Sequence record: PZ386979.1
Length of the DNA stretch: 51,874 bases
Source: a phage
Strand: one strand, 5' to 3'
Shown here: positions 36,829 to 45,232 of the stretch, one piece after another
How the letters are laid out: the number at the start of each line of letters is the position of its first letter
How positions within the stretch are numbered: position 1 is the stretch's first letter
Position numbers and translations under genes: made by a program
The notes under the pieces: generated by a model
What the model saw: the letters and a program-made list of their open reading frames with translations, nothing else
What the model was told of the DNA's origin: nothing
Database searches by the model: none

Positions 36829-38412
36829 TTACCCCAGCAATGTTGGATTTACAAAAACAACGCCATTAATCACACAAATATAATTTCTTTCTTCAAGCAT
36901 CGGCAGCAGTTGCGTTTCCATGCGCTTCATTACGCCAGCCTGACCAACAAAAGGCTTAACTTTTCGCGCAGCCTCATATATGGCTCGCACATTCAAAATT
37001 CCCTTGTTAGCCTTACCGTGTCGAGTGATAATCTCGATTAGTTTACCCATTTCAGCATCATCACCAGCATAGCCAGAAGCGTTGGCGGCGCTAATGTATG
37101 TTTTGCTCAACTCGCTAAACATCAGTAGTGCTTCCTGAACGGTTTCAACCTCAATCTCTTTCGACTTTTGAGGGTATCCGCCAGGATTAAACCAATTGCG
37201 GATAGTGTGCAAAACCGAAGCAATTCTGATCACCTGCTTATCCATTTTGCCAAGCGCGCCGCGCAGCATTGTATGAGAATACTTTCCGCCATCGGCAAGG
37301 TGCGGTTCCATCTCCTGACGAGCCATGTTAAGCACTCGCATTGCTGATTTGCTGATCTTAAGCTGGATGTTTGATTCGCTCATTATGTTATGGATCAGCT
37401 TAAAATATTGGCTTTTCAGTTCTCCATCAACAGGCTCATAAGTCGAATCACCGTTATCATCAACAAACTTTCGACGACCTAAAAATGATTCCTCACGCAC
37501 AAGCAAATAACGCTCACTTACACCGATACCGCGTGATCCTGCGTCCATGATGGCATTGATTGTTTCATCCTGGGCAATTACCGCCATGCAGCCAAGAGCT
37601 TTAAAACTCATATTGTTGTCAGCGTTTGCACGAGCTATAGAAACATGACCATGATCCCATGCTTTTAGCACAAGTTCGCTGTTTGTTTTGCGTTCGCTAT
37701 TGGCATATGTCAGGCCTAAAAGGCTGTTAATACTCGTTGCCTCGTCTGAAATTACAGCAAAGTTACCCTGGCGATTGTTGATTCTTGCAAGTCCTTCAGG
37801 CGTGGTGTCTGAAACAGGGAAAACAATGTCACACATCTTTTCCAGCTTTTCTTCAAGATCTTCTTTCTCCTGGTATAGCGATTCCATATCAGCGCCAGAT
37901 CGCTCGCTTTTCATCTCTTTTGCAAGACCTGCCAACTTTGCCTGAATCTTTTTCCGTTCCTTCTTTCGCTGATCATTAATTCTTTCCACTTCAGCAACCA
38001 TAGGAGCAAGAGCCAGGCTGTTAACGGCAGATTTACCAGTTGAAGGAGGCTGACTTGTGACAACATAAAGGGCGGTTGGCTGATCCGTTCCGTGATACTC
38101 AACCGTGAAGCGTCCAAGCATTGCAGCAGACACGCAGCCGATAAAATGCATATAGGCCGATGATTCAGGGAATTGAACAGAGCGAGCAATGTTTCGCGCC
38201 AACTTACCAACAACATCAACATCATTGCCAAGAGAAATTACAGGGTAGCGATCGTTTCCGTTATTAACATCATTAACCTCACCCCAAAAGCTGGACGATT
38301 GACGGTATCCGTTAGCCTGAATGGACACGCGCACCGGAGACAATCCTTGTGCATCAGCTAATTCGATAATTTGTTTTGGTGTTAGTTTATTTGTTTCAAA
38401 CGAAAAATTCAT
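36829..38412 (-). CDS. P-loop ATPase, putative replication protein (DUF3987-like)
   Basis: Start at ATG 38412 behind AAGGAG RBS; Walker A-like QPPSTGKSA and Walker B-like VISDEATS; adjacent to replication genes. Confidence 0.5.
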   Translation of the reverse strand: MNFSFETNKLTPKQIIELADAQGLSPVRVSIQANGYRQSSSFWGEVNDVNNGNDRYPVISLGNDVDVVGKLARNIARSVQFPESSAYMHFIGCVSAAMLGRFTVEYHGTDQPTALYVVTSQPPSTGKSAVNSLALAPMVAEVERINDQRKKERKKIQAKLAGLAKEMKSERSGADMESLYQEKEDLEEKLEKMCDIVFPVSDTTPEGLARINNRQGNFAVISDEATSINSLLGLTYANSERKTNSELVLKAWDHGHVSIARANADNNMSFKALGCMAVIAQDETINAIMDAGSRGIGVSERYLLVREESFLGRRKFVDDNGDSTYEPVDGELKSQYFKLIHNIMSESNIQLKISKSAMRVLNMARQEMEPHLADGGKYSHTMLRGALGKMDKQVIRIASVLHTIRNWFNPGGYPQKSKEIEVETVQEALLMFSELSKTYISAANASGYAGDDAEMGKLIEIITRHGKANKGILNVRAIYEAARKVKPFVGQAGVMKRMETQLLPMLEERNYICVINGVVFVNPTLLG

Positions 38413-38439
38413 TGATGATAACTCCTTTTTGATGCGGCA

Positions 38440-38483
38440 ATAATACCGCACCAATGCTACCCGCATTTAACAAAAAATGCTAT
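38440..38483 (-). promoter_or_regulatory. conserved element plus -10 (upstream of DUF3987-like gene)
   Basis: Minus-sense ATAGCATTTTTTGTTAAA containing upstream stop TAG; 20-nt spacer; TATTAT; then AAGGAG RBS. Confidence 0.5.
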
Positions 38484-38701
38484 TTGATCCGCTCTATGCT
38501 AACTAAGATTTTTTCTGGTTCCTTTGCGCTATGGCAATGCGCGGTTACGGAATCAACAAAATCAAAATAAAGTGATTTGTGGTAAGAAAGACCAATCATC
38601 CATCCAACCATCGTTTTCTTTATTGGCCTGACTATATCGCCAGGCTTGAAGGTTTTTGTTGCTGAATAAGTCACCTTATAGCGATATTCAGTCTTGATCA
38701 C
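38480..38701 (-). CDS. hypothetical protein
   Basis: 73 aa; GTG start per ORF track; stop TAG lies inside a conserved element copy. Confidence 0.4.
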   Translation of the reverse strand: MIKTEYRYKVTYSATKTFKPGDIVRPIKKTMVGWMIGLSYHKSLYFDFVDSVTAHCHSAKEPEKILVSIERIK

Positions 38702-39084
38702 TTATACATAGCCTCAAACAAATGACAGCCACCAGCGGAAAATCCTACTTCTTCGCGGTATAGCGTCCAGCGGTCGCCAGCTTCATCAAAAACATAACCA
38801 GCAACAGCGCCAAGCGCGCGGCCTTGCTCAATCTGGTAACGCTTTCCTTCTTTGAAATGCTTTTTACACGGGATTTTGTGATCTACAAAGGTGCATTTAA
38901 TTGTTTTTGTCTTGATATGACGATAGTCAGACTCAACAGCGTTTTGCCACTTGCTACCCTTTGTAATGCTCTTTACCTGGAATTGTTCCAACTCGATCAC
39001 ATCATCGCTACCAGAAATTTTTTCGTATACGGTTTTATAGCGCCCGTCCATCAAAACGTTGGTTTTATTGCAGATAACTTTCAT
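38698..39084 (-). CDS. hypothetical protein
   Basis: 128 aa; AAAGGAG RBS; downstream of conserved element and -10 (39116..39160). Confidence 0.5.
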   Translation of the reverse strand: MKVICNKTNVLMDGRYKTVYEKISGSDDVIELEQFQVKSITKGSKWQNAVESDYRHIKTKTIKCTFVDHKIPCKKHFKEGKRYQIEQGRALGAVAGYVFDEAGDRWTLYREEVGFSAGGCHLFEAMYK

Positions 39085-39115
39085 CTTTTATTTCTCCTTT
39101 CGTTTCGGTGAAGTG

Positions 39116-39159
39116 ATTATGCCAGGCTTTTACACCTGGCTTTTAACAAAAAGTGCTAT
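39116..39159 (-). promoter_or_regulatory. conserved element plus -10
   Basis: Minus-sense ATAGCACTTTTTGTTAAAA with stop TAG inside; spacer inverted repeat GCCAGG...CCTGGC; CATAAT. Confidence 0.55.
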
Positions 39160-39866
39160 TTTGCGTTAGCTTCAAAGACGGCGCGAGCAAATCCGCGCGG
39201 AGTGAGGGAGCGTAGTTGCTTTGTTCTGGCAGACTTACCGCCTAAAAACTTCCAACCCCAAAAGAACATTACGCCCTCATCATTGGATAACGGCTTGCGT
39301 TCCGGTTCGGTAAATCCGTTGCCGCACCAGATAGCCGTCCTTTTAGTGTAGCCATCCTTTAGCGGCATTTTGGGGTGAAATGACCCATCGGATTCGTCCA
39401 AGTAGTTACCAAAATCGCGCGGATTGAAATAAAAATCCGGCTTGCGCCATAGCGTTGATAGTCGGCCTACCGGATTCTCAGCCATCCAGGGAACACCGAA
39501 ATGATTTCCGACTTTTTCAACCATGATTGCATTTTGGAGCGCGATATGAATATCGTCTTCGCTGCGCACATGCTTACTTCCTGATTGGGCGAACATGGTG
39601 CAGTCTGGAAAGCCAAATACAATATCAGGTTTTGGAATATCCATCTTAATGATGTTTTCAATGAAATTTTCATCAATCCACATATTCACATAATGCAGAT
39701 TTTCATGCTTCATTTTGATGAAATATTCTCCGTGATTGCCTTCGTCAGCGTTAAAGCAATAGCATTGATAACCAGCCTTCGCATATTCAAGCAACATGAT
39801 TCCAGATCCATCAAACATTGAGTAAGCAACTTTATTTCCCATGATTTTTATGATACCCCAATTCAT
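39156..39866 (-). CDS. methyltransferase-like protein (divergent C5-cytosine MTase-like motifs)
   Basis: 236 aa; FDGSG (motif I-like), GFPDCTMFAQSG (PC-like), AENPVG (ENV-like); GAGGTGA RBS; assignment tentative. Confidence 0.35.
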   Translation of the reverse strand: MNWGIIKIMGNKVAYSMFDGSGIMLLEYAKAGYQCYCFNADEGNHGEYFIKMKHENLHYVNMWIDENFIENIIKMDIPKPDIVFGFPDCTMFAQSGSKHVRSEDDIHIALQNAIMVEKVGNHFGVPWMAENPVGRLSTLWRKPDFYFNPRDFGNYLDESDGSFHPKMPLKDGYTKRTAIWCGNGFTEPERKPLSNDEGVMFFWGWKFLGGKSARTKQLRSLTPRGFARAVFEANAK

Positions 39867-39874
39867 TCATCACC

Positions 39875-40099
39875 TCAAAACGGAAAGCATCGAGGGCAGT
39901 TAGGATCAAAATTGCAGCAGCAATCATTGACAATCATCGTTGGATCTGCAAATGCAGCGCCGCATTCTTGGTCCATATCCATTTCACCCAACGCATCATC
40001 AAGCGTCCTGATTTTATATGCGACCTCAAGCGCGGCCTCTTTATTCAGTCCGGCATCTTCTGCTTTTTGCAGTCGCTCAAAAAAACCGTCTTGACTCAT
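39875..40099 (-). CDS. hypothetical protein (Cys-rich C-terminus)
   Basis: 74 aa; acidic; ends DCCCNFDPNCPRCFPF. Confidence 0.45.
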   Translation of the reverse strand: MSQDGFFERLQKAEDAGLNKEAALEVAYKIRTLDDALGEMDMDQECGAAFADPTMIVNDCCCNFDPNCPRCFPF

Positions 40100-40209
40100 T
40101 TAATAAACTCCTTAACAACAGCAAGAATAATCACAAGCCCAGCAGTAAAAACAAGCAAACCGACAAGGCCAATCATAACACAAAATAAAATATCAAGCGC
40201 CTTAATCAT
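40096..40209 (-). CDS. small hydrophobic membrane peptide (putative)
   Basis: 37 aa MIKALDILFCVMIGLVGLLVFTAGLVIILAVVKEFIK; 4-nt overlap with downstream gene start; weak RBS. Confidence 0.3.
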   Translation of the reverse strand: MIKALDILFCVMIGLVGLLVFTAGLVIILAVVKEFIK

Positions 40210-40223
40210 TTATTCACCATTGA

Positions 40224-40248
40224 TAAAATGGGAGGCGAAAACCTCCCA
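40224..40248 (-). terminator. terminator-like hairpin in leftward early operon
   Basis: Minus sense TGGGAGG-ttttcg-CCTCCCA then ATTTTAT. Confidence 0.45.
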
Positions 40249-40256
40249 TTGGTTAA

Positions 40257-40484
40257 TCATACAGCTTTCCAGCTTTCAATAAACATGCTGTTTTCTTCCA
40301 GAAGTTTAATCAATTCTTCGCGCGTATATTTGCGGATTTTACTACCAGGATGCGAGCCAACAACAAACACACCTTTGCCGCTTGTGATTGTTAACTGGCT
40401 GATTCCACAAGATTTATCCATTTTTACGGCGACGCGGTGATGCGCATCAATAGTGTGCATGATGTTAGTGACTTTAGCTTTCAT
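40257..40484 (-). CDS. hypothetical protein
   Basis: Start at ATG 40484 (MKAKVTNIM) behind GAGGA RBS, downstream of conserved element and -10 (40515..40557); terminator 40224..40248 follows. Confidence 0.45.
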   Translation of the reverse strand: MKAKVTNIMHTIDAHHRVAVKMDKSCGISQLTITSGKGVFVVGSHPGSKIRKYTREELIKLLEENSMFIESWKAV

Positions 40485-40514
40485 TATGCAATCCTCATTA
40501 TATTTGGTGTGGTA

Positions 40515-40557
40515 ACTATACCAAGTTTGCGAAATATTGTTTAACAATTCGTGCTAT
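40515..40557 (-). promoter_or_regulatory. conserved element (variant ATAGCACGAATTGTTAAAC) plus -10 TATAGT
   Basis: Follows TGA of tiny ORF; 18-nt spacer; TATAGT; GAGGA RBS. Confidence 0.5.
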
Positions 40558-40658
40558 CAGTTGAAATAGCTATGGCGCTTTGCTCGCTTTCCATCTCCGC
40601 CATAATGATCATTTGCAACAGCTACCATCCAGGCATTATGGAATATTATTAGCTTCAT
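40557..40658 (-). CDS. tiny ORF (33 aa)
   Basis: MKLIIFHNAWMVAVANDHYGGDGKRAKRHSYFN; its TGA stop abuts a conserved element copy, as seen for larger genes. Confidence 0.25.
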   Translation of the reverse strand: MKLIIFHNAWMVAVANDHYGGDGKRAKRHSYFN

Positions 40659-40940
40659 CTAATTAATACCCACCACGTTAAAATTTACAGCTTTTGTTGC
40701 GCTAAACACATACGCTTCAACAGCGCCGCCAAATACACGAATTTTACCCTGGCCGTACTGCGCATTCATATTTCGCCAAACCGTTCTATTAGAGCAGAAT
40801 GCGCTACCAGTCTTAATAAGCGTATCCATCTCTTTTCTTAGATCGCGATAGTCCAGCCAGAATCTAAAGGCACGCTGTTTAATTCTCGCCGCCTTGATTT
40901 TTTCTCTTGCGCTATTGAAATCATTCTTTTCGTATGCCAT
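40659..40940 (-). CDS. hypothetical protein
   Basis: 93 aa; basic; in leftward early operon. Confidence 0.45.
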   Translation of the reverse strand: MAYEKNDFNSAREKIKAARIKQRAFRFWLDYRDLRKEMDTLIKTGSAFCSNRTVWRNMNAQYGQGKIRVFGGAVEAYVFSATKAVNFNVVGIN

Positions 40941-41137
40941 TAAATGATCTCCATGTATGTTTCAAAGCCATTTAACTTGAACAGGCCGTTTTCACATTTG
41001 CGCACGTTCCAAGTTAGCCCTGAGTGGTACGCCTCCATATCATCAAGGTCAATGGTGATTTCAGCACCTTTCTTAAACAAACCTTTTTCGTGAGACTTGT
41101 CGCGCTTAACAACTTTAACATCAACCTGATTTTCCAT
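40940..41137 (-). CDS. hypothetical protein
   Basis: 65 aa; GAGGA RBS; downstream of conserved element and -10 (41169..41212). Confidence 0.45.
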   Translation of the reverse strand: MENQVDVKVVKRDKSHEKGLFKKGAEITIDLDDMEAYHSGLTWNVRKCENGLFKLNGFETYMEII

Positions 41138-41168
41138 CTTTAAATCCTCGCTTGTTGTCGATGCGTGT

Positions 41169-41212
41169 AATATACCAATCAGAGGCGCATCGGTTTTAAC
41201 AAAAAGTGCTAT
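41169..41212 (-). promoter_or_regulatory. conserved element plus -10
   Basis: Minus-sense ATAGCACTTTTTGTTAAAAC abutting TAA stop; 18-nt spacer; TATATT. Confidence 0.5.
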
Positions 41213-41479
41213 TTAGTCCATGAATTCGATTTCGCGCTCGCCAGTTAACGGATCTACAAGCCAGAATCCGAGCGGCTCACCGTAAACACCGCCATAGAAT
41301 CCAAGCGCCGACAGATCTTCACCTTTAACAAATACCAGATCACCGCTACGGCTTACGTGAGACACGTTAACGATAACCGGAAATGTGCGGTTTTTAAATG
41401 CAGGCCGCAGGGCGTAACACCCGTTATTTAGCAAACGTGCTTTGCGCTTAACTGGAATAGGTGCATTGATTCGCGCCAT
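41213..41479 (-). CDS. hypothetical protein
   Basis: 88 aa; stop TAA abuts conserved element. Confidence 0.45.
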   Translation of the reverse strand: MARINAPIPVKRKARLLNNGCYALRPAFKNRTFPVIVNVSHVSRSGDLVFVKGEDLSALGFYGGVYGEPLGFWLVDPLTGEREIEFMD

Positions 41480-41492
41480 ATTTATTTCTCCT

Positions 41493-41738
41493 TCATTGTT
41501 TATCGCGTTTAACGGCCCTCAGAACATCACAGGACTCGTTAATAAATTTTGCCATGCGCTTATCATCACCAACAGGGATTAGCGCATTACACTCGCGTTT
41601 TCTACTGAAAACCGTTACTTTATGAAACGATGCGAACGGCATCGACGGAAACTCGACTGTTTGCGTCAAGATCCGCAATCCCATCTTTTTGGCCCTTACC
41701 TGGGCCTCAGCGAGTTCAAAATCCACTTCATTAATCAT
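41493..41738 (-). CDS. hypothetical protein
   Basis: 81 aa; leftward early operon. Confidence 0.45.
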   Translation of the reverse strand: MINEVDFELAEAQVRAKKMGLRILTQTVEFPSMPFASFHKVTVFSRKRECNALIPVGDDKRMAKFINESCDVLRAVKRDKQ

Positions 41739-42007
41739 TTCTTGATCTCCTCAGCAATAAACTTCAGGACTTTGCGCAAAAACACTTCATTATTGATGGT
41801 CGCTGGCAATTCCTCTTTCACTTCTTGCGGCAGGTAAACGTTGCCATGCCAGGTTAAGCAATCGTAGTTGATACGATAAGAGCAAAGCCACTCGCAATCG
41901 TTATCCGCTTCCCAAATGCAGAGTTGCAGAACATCACCTAAATCCTCAACAGTCAGATCCAGACCGTGACGCTTTGCAAAGTTGAAAGTGGTTTTGCTGA
42001 TGTTCAT
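41735..42007 (-). CDS. hypothetical protein (first leftward early gene)
   Basis: 90 aa; CAGGAG RBS; downstream of conserved element and -10 (42042..42085). Confidence 0.5.
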   Translation of the reverse strand: MNISKTTFNFAKRHGLDLTVEDLGDVLQLCIWEADNDCEWLCSYRINYDCLTWHGNVYLPQEVKEELPATINNEVFLRKVLKFIAEEIKK

Positions 42008-42041
42008 TGCTATCTCCTGAGCGGTTCGTTTCGATGTGTGT

Positions 42042-42085
42042 AATGTACCCGATCAGGCGGATTCAGTTTTAACAAAAAGTGCTAT
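42042..42085 (-). promoter_or_regulatory. conserved element plus -10 (leftward early promoter)
   Basis: Minus-sense ATAGCACTTTTTGTTAAAAC; 18-nt spacer; TACATT; CAGGAG RBS; first gene of leftward early block. Confidence 0.5.
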
Positions 42086-42381
42086 TTGCTGACTGGTCAT
42101 TATTCCTTCTATTCCATTAATCAGGAATAACAGGAATAATTCATTCGCGATCACCTGGATTGTGAGACTTTGAGTTTGATCAATTTTAATCAGTTGATTA
42201 ACTTTTTGTGTGGAGGGGATGGAGAAACGCGGCCCTCTTGCATCCTTTCCGGCAATCCTGGCGCGCGCATCTGTTATTTCTGTTCCCCATGTTATCTCAA
42301 ATAAGCCTCCGCACTTTTAGATAACAGAATCGGCGTTCATCAACAAAAAGAACAAAATAAAATTTATATATATACCAATAA

Positions 42382-42396
42382 AATCAATAAGTTAGT
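42382..42396 (+). repeat. AATCAATAAGTTAGT 15-mer (copy 2)
   Basis: Identical to 21041..21055. Confidence 0.6.
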
Positions 42397-42626
42397 TATA
42401 TATGTATTTATATTTGTTATTTACTGTTGAGCTTGTTCCATGGGTATATGGTGGGTGTTGATGATTCCTTCATTTAACATTTGTACTTTTTATGCGGTTA
42501 TATATATAGATTTTGCGGCATTATCGAGACAACCAGTGAACGAGATTGAACGAGCTTTAAAATCAATCACTTGCGCGCAATTTTGTTATCGCGTCAAAAA
42601 AAGATGTTATTAGAACGAAAAATCAG

Positions 42627-42655
42627 TTGACTACCTGGCTGTGAGTATTGATAAT
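42627..42655 (+). promoter_or_regulatory. sigma70-like early promoter (TTGACT-17-GATAAT) for rightward early operon
   Basis: -35 TTGACT 42627..42632, -10 GATAAT 42650..42655; upstream TTAGAACGAAAAA block shared with promoter at 21298. Confidence 0.6.
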
Positions 42656-42687
42656 GCACGCAGACAAAACGAAAAGGGAGACAGCAC

Positions 42688-42987
42688 ATGACAAAAATGC
42701 TTGCAATAAACCGAAAACTTGAAGTGAAAGAGATGTCACAAGATGATATTGATGATTTGGCGCGCGGCATGACAACAGGTTACATGCGGAGAATTGTCAA
42801 TCACTTGATTAACTCTGAACGAAATAAGGCCGTATACATCAGCATAAATCACGCTGGAGGGAATGCTGCATCAATGCGACAGATGATTAACAACGTGGCA
42901 AAAGAGTTAAATGTTGATGTTAAGACGTTTGTTGTTGATGGATTCCTGGGCCTGGTAATACTTGAAGTTAACGAAGCGTTTGCATAA
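42688..42987 (+). CDS. hypothetical protein (first rightward early gene)
   Basis: 99 aa; AAGGGAG RBS; 30 nt after sigma70-like promoter TTGACT-17-GATAAT. Confidence 0.5.
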   Translation: MTKMLAINRKLEVKEMSQDDIDDLARGMTTGYMRRIVNHLINSERNKAVYISINHAGGNAASMRQMINNVAKELNVDVKTFVVDGFLGLVILEVNEAFA

Positions 42988-42998
42988 GGAGTAAGAGA

Positions 42999-43460
42999 AT
43001 GGAGCAAGAATTTATTAACCGCGCGGCATTTTGCGACACGTTGCGAGATATTGGAAGGGCTATCGGTAGCGGTGAGCGAGAAACCGTATTTATGCCTGAA
43101 ATCTACCTGAGAAGTCGAGTTGAGGGGGGCGAAGCAATTACGGCATCGTACATGCGCCAGGTTGTCAACCGCGTACCTGAAGTAAAGCAAAAAGGCGTGA
43201 TCAGCATTAAGCGAAAGGTGACTGATGAGGGTGATGGCTTTGTGTTTACGCTCACTGAAGCCAAAAGCAAGCCTCGCGTGCTGACTGGAGACGATATAGC
43301 GAAACTTGAAATCAAGTGGCGAGCAAAGTTTATTGCTCAACTTCTGAAAACTCAGCCGAGAATCAGCGACCTGGAAGGCGAGCGCCTGGAGGGTGCGGCA
43401 ATCGCACTTGAGCGAATGAATGAAATGCTTAGCGAGATGGTAAAGATGGGGGATGAATAA
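42999..43460 (+). CDS. hypothetical protein
   Basis: 153 aa; AAGGAG RBS. Confidence 0.5.
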   Translation: MEQEFINRAAFCDTLRDIGRAIGSGERETVFMPEIYLRSRVEGGEAITASYMRQVVNRVPEVKQKGVISIKRKVTDEGDGFVFTLTEAKSKPRVLTGDDIAKLEIKWRAKFIAQLLKTQPRISDLEGERLEGAAIALERMNEMLSEMVKMGDE

Positions 43461-43726
43461 TGAATAAGGCATTAATTGGAGTTTTGATTGCAATCGCTAC
43501 CCTGACCGGATGCGAAAAGGCATCTGAATCAACAGTTGTCGTAGGAGTGGAGTCAGATTTTAAAGTCGGTCGCCTGTTTACTGTTGATGGATGCACTGCG
43601 TACCGATTCTATGATAACGGTCACGCGATCTATTACACCAACTGCAAGGGCACGACTAGCTGGGAAGTGTCGAAAAGCAACGGCAAGGTAACGACAACAG
43701 AACATATGACAGTGGAGACAAAATAG
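43460..43726 (+). CDS. early lipoprotein (putative)
   Basis: 88 aa; signal peptide with lipobox LTGC; stop TAG inside conserved element. Confidence 0.5.
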   Translation: MNKALIGVLIAIATLTGCEKASESTVVVGVESDFKVGRLFTVDGCTAYRFYDNGHAIYYTNCKGTTSWEVSKSNGKVTTTEHMTVETK

Positions 43727-43766
43727 CACTTTTTGTTAAAACTCAAAAACGATAACCAGGCATAAT
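43723..43766 (+). promoter_or_regulatory. conserved element plus -10
   Basis: ATAGCACTTTTTGTTAAAAC containing lipoprotein stop TAG; 18-19 nt spacer; CATAAT. Confidence 0.55.
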
Positions 43767-43821
43767 AAATCACATAGGGCGGCACGGCGTCGCCCAGTTA
43801 AACCAATCAGGAGAAAGCACC

Positions 43822-44715
43822 ATGTTAAAACTTGCTGACATTAAATTCCCGATCACCTTCGAATCTCGTGGTGTTGGTCATTACGTTTTTACAGATGAGA
43901 AAACATGCCATAACGTTTGGTTGCACAGCGATAAGTTAAGCCCATCAACAATGGAGATTCAGCACTTTATTGATGCGCATAATCAGCACTACAACTCAAT
44001 CCGGGACTACGGCTACGCAATGCCAGGCTACACATGCTTGCACTACAAGCCATATAAGGGCCAGGTGTTACCAGTGCGCTCACCGGAACGCGCAGAGATT
44101 CCAATGGTCCATATGAAAACATGCGACTACAAAAAGCTGTGGTGCTTAAGTGTGGACAATATCAAGTATCCGATCACGTTCCACACGACTGGCAAGTTAA
44201 CGATTCGCTACACATCGCGCGACAATGGCGTTTATAGCGATGGTACGAAATCAGAGTTGAAAGTTGATTTCTTTGTCAATGGTCACAACAAATTCAATCC
44301 GCACAACGAAGAGGATAAAGTGTATTACGTGGAAGACATTACAAAACACTTGTTTGGAGAAACTCCATTCGGCGGCGGGAAGACGGCAATTCAGAAAATC
44401 ATTGGCGAGGAGATCCATAAAGCGGCTGTCGAAATGAAAGCGCCTGGAGGCTGGCGTATTGACAAGAGCGCCTTTGCCTATCAAGAAATCGTAACGCAGG
44501 GCGCGATTGAAGATATGCCAGTTACAGCCACGCTAAAAGGAGTCCGGCTTGATGACGGCAGTTGGTATGAATTAACAGCTACACCAAAGACGATCGAAAT
44601 TCATGATGATGTTGTTATCCTTCTGCTTCACTACGGCGGCACTAAAAACCGGACTGTTGCAGGTGAGATCCGCATCAAGCGCGGAGCGATGGTTAAGTGG
44701 AAGGTGAAGATTTGA
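43822..44715 (+). CDS. hypothetical protein with internal duplication
   Basis: 297 aa; two related segments (LADIKFPITFESRG ... / VDNIKYPITFHTTG ...); CAGGAG RBS. Confidence 0.5.
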   Translation: MLKLADIKFPITFESRGVGHYVFTDEKTCHNVWLHSDKLSPSTMEIQHFIDAHNQHYNSIRDYGYAMPGYTCLHYKPYKGQVLPVRSPERAEIPMVHMKTCDYKKLWCLSVDNIKYPITFHTTGKLTIRYTSRDNGVYSDGTKSELKVDFFVNGHNKFNPHNEEDKVYYVEDITKHLFGETPFGGGKTAIQKIIGEEIHKAAVEMKAPGGWRIDKSAFAYQEIVTQGAIEDMPVTATLKGVRLDDGSWYELTATPKTIEIHDDVVILLLHYGGTKNRTVAGEIRIKRGAMVKWKVKI

Positions 44716-44791
44716 GTTTGCTCACTGCGGCGCACGTCGCCGCATGGATAGGATTGTTTGCCTACATGTTTAGCTTTTATTGAGGTGAGAG

Positions 44792-44944
44792 ATGGCTACA
44801 TGGATTTTGCTGATTCTTATGATTGATGGCGGCGTTGACCATATCGAAATGAATAGCCAGCAATCTTGCATTGAGGCACGAGAGCAGATCAAGAACAACA
44901 ACAGGTTTTATGCGTACACTCACACGCTATGTATTAAGAAATAG
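44792..44944 (+). CDS. small membrane peptide (putative)
   Basis: 50 aa MATWILLILMIDGG...; GAGGTGAGAG RBS; stop TAG is part of a conserved element copy. Confidence 0.35.
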   Translation: MATWILLILMIDGGVDHIEMNSQQSCIEAREQIKNNNRFYAYTHTLCIKK

Positions 44945-44983
44945 CACTTTTTGTTAAAACTCAAATGTGGGGCCAGGTATAAT
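44941..44983 (+). promoter_or_regulatory. conserved element plus -10
   Basis: Element contains TAG of 44792..44944; 17-nt spacer; TATAAT inside GGCC...GGCC inverted repeat. Confidence 0.55.
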
Positions 44984-45013
44984 GGCCTCACTTTCAACGA
45001 AGGAGATAAAACG

Positions 45014-45232
45014 ATGTACATTAAAAAGAAGATGAAATGCGTTTCCGTTAACTATGCTTGCTCTGGCATGTTCAAGCCTGGCGAAATCTATACGGCGCAA
45101 AAACTGAAATCATCAACCGGATCCTTTTACGTGAGCAATAGTAAGGGGCATCGCATGTTCCTGAACGGCGGCGAAGGCACTAAGGTTATGGCACACGCTA
45201 TGGTAATGGCTGAATTTGAGGAGGTGAAATAA
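45014..45232 (+). CDS. hypothetical protein (tandem paralog 1)
   Basis: 72 aa; start ATG 45014 behind AAGGAG RBS; paralog of 45232..45477 (F.LNG..GT...A...V.AEFE). Confidence 0.45.
   Translation: MYIKKKMKCVSVNYACSGMFKPGEIYTAQKLKSSTGSFYVSNSKGHRMFLNGGEGTKVMAHAMVMAEFEEVK

Noticed and set aside
38413-38466. Longer start (ATG 38466) for the DUF3987-like gene
   Set aside because: That start lies inside the conserved element and upstream of the predicted -10; ATG 38412 has a consensus AAGGAG RBS.
42849-43493. 214-codon minus-strand ORF
   Set aside because: Antisense across two plus-strand genes with RBSs in a tightly packed plus-strand operon; no start context.
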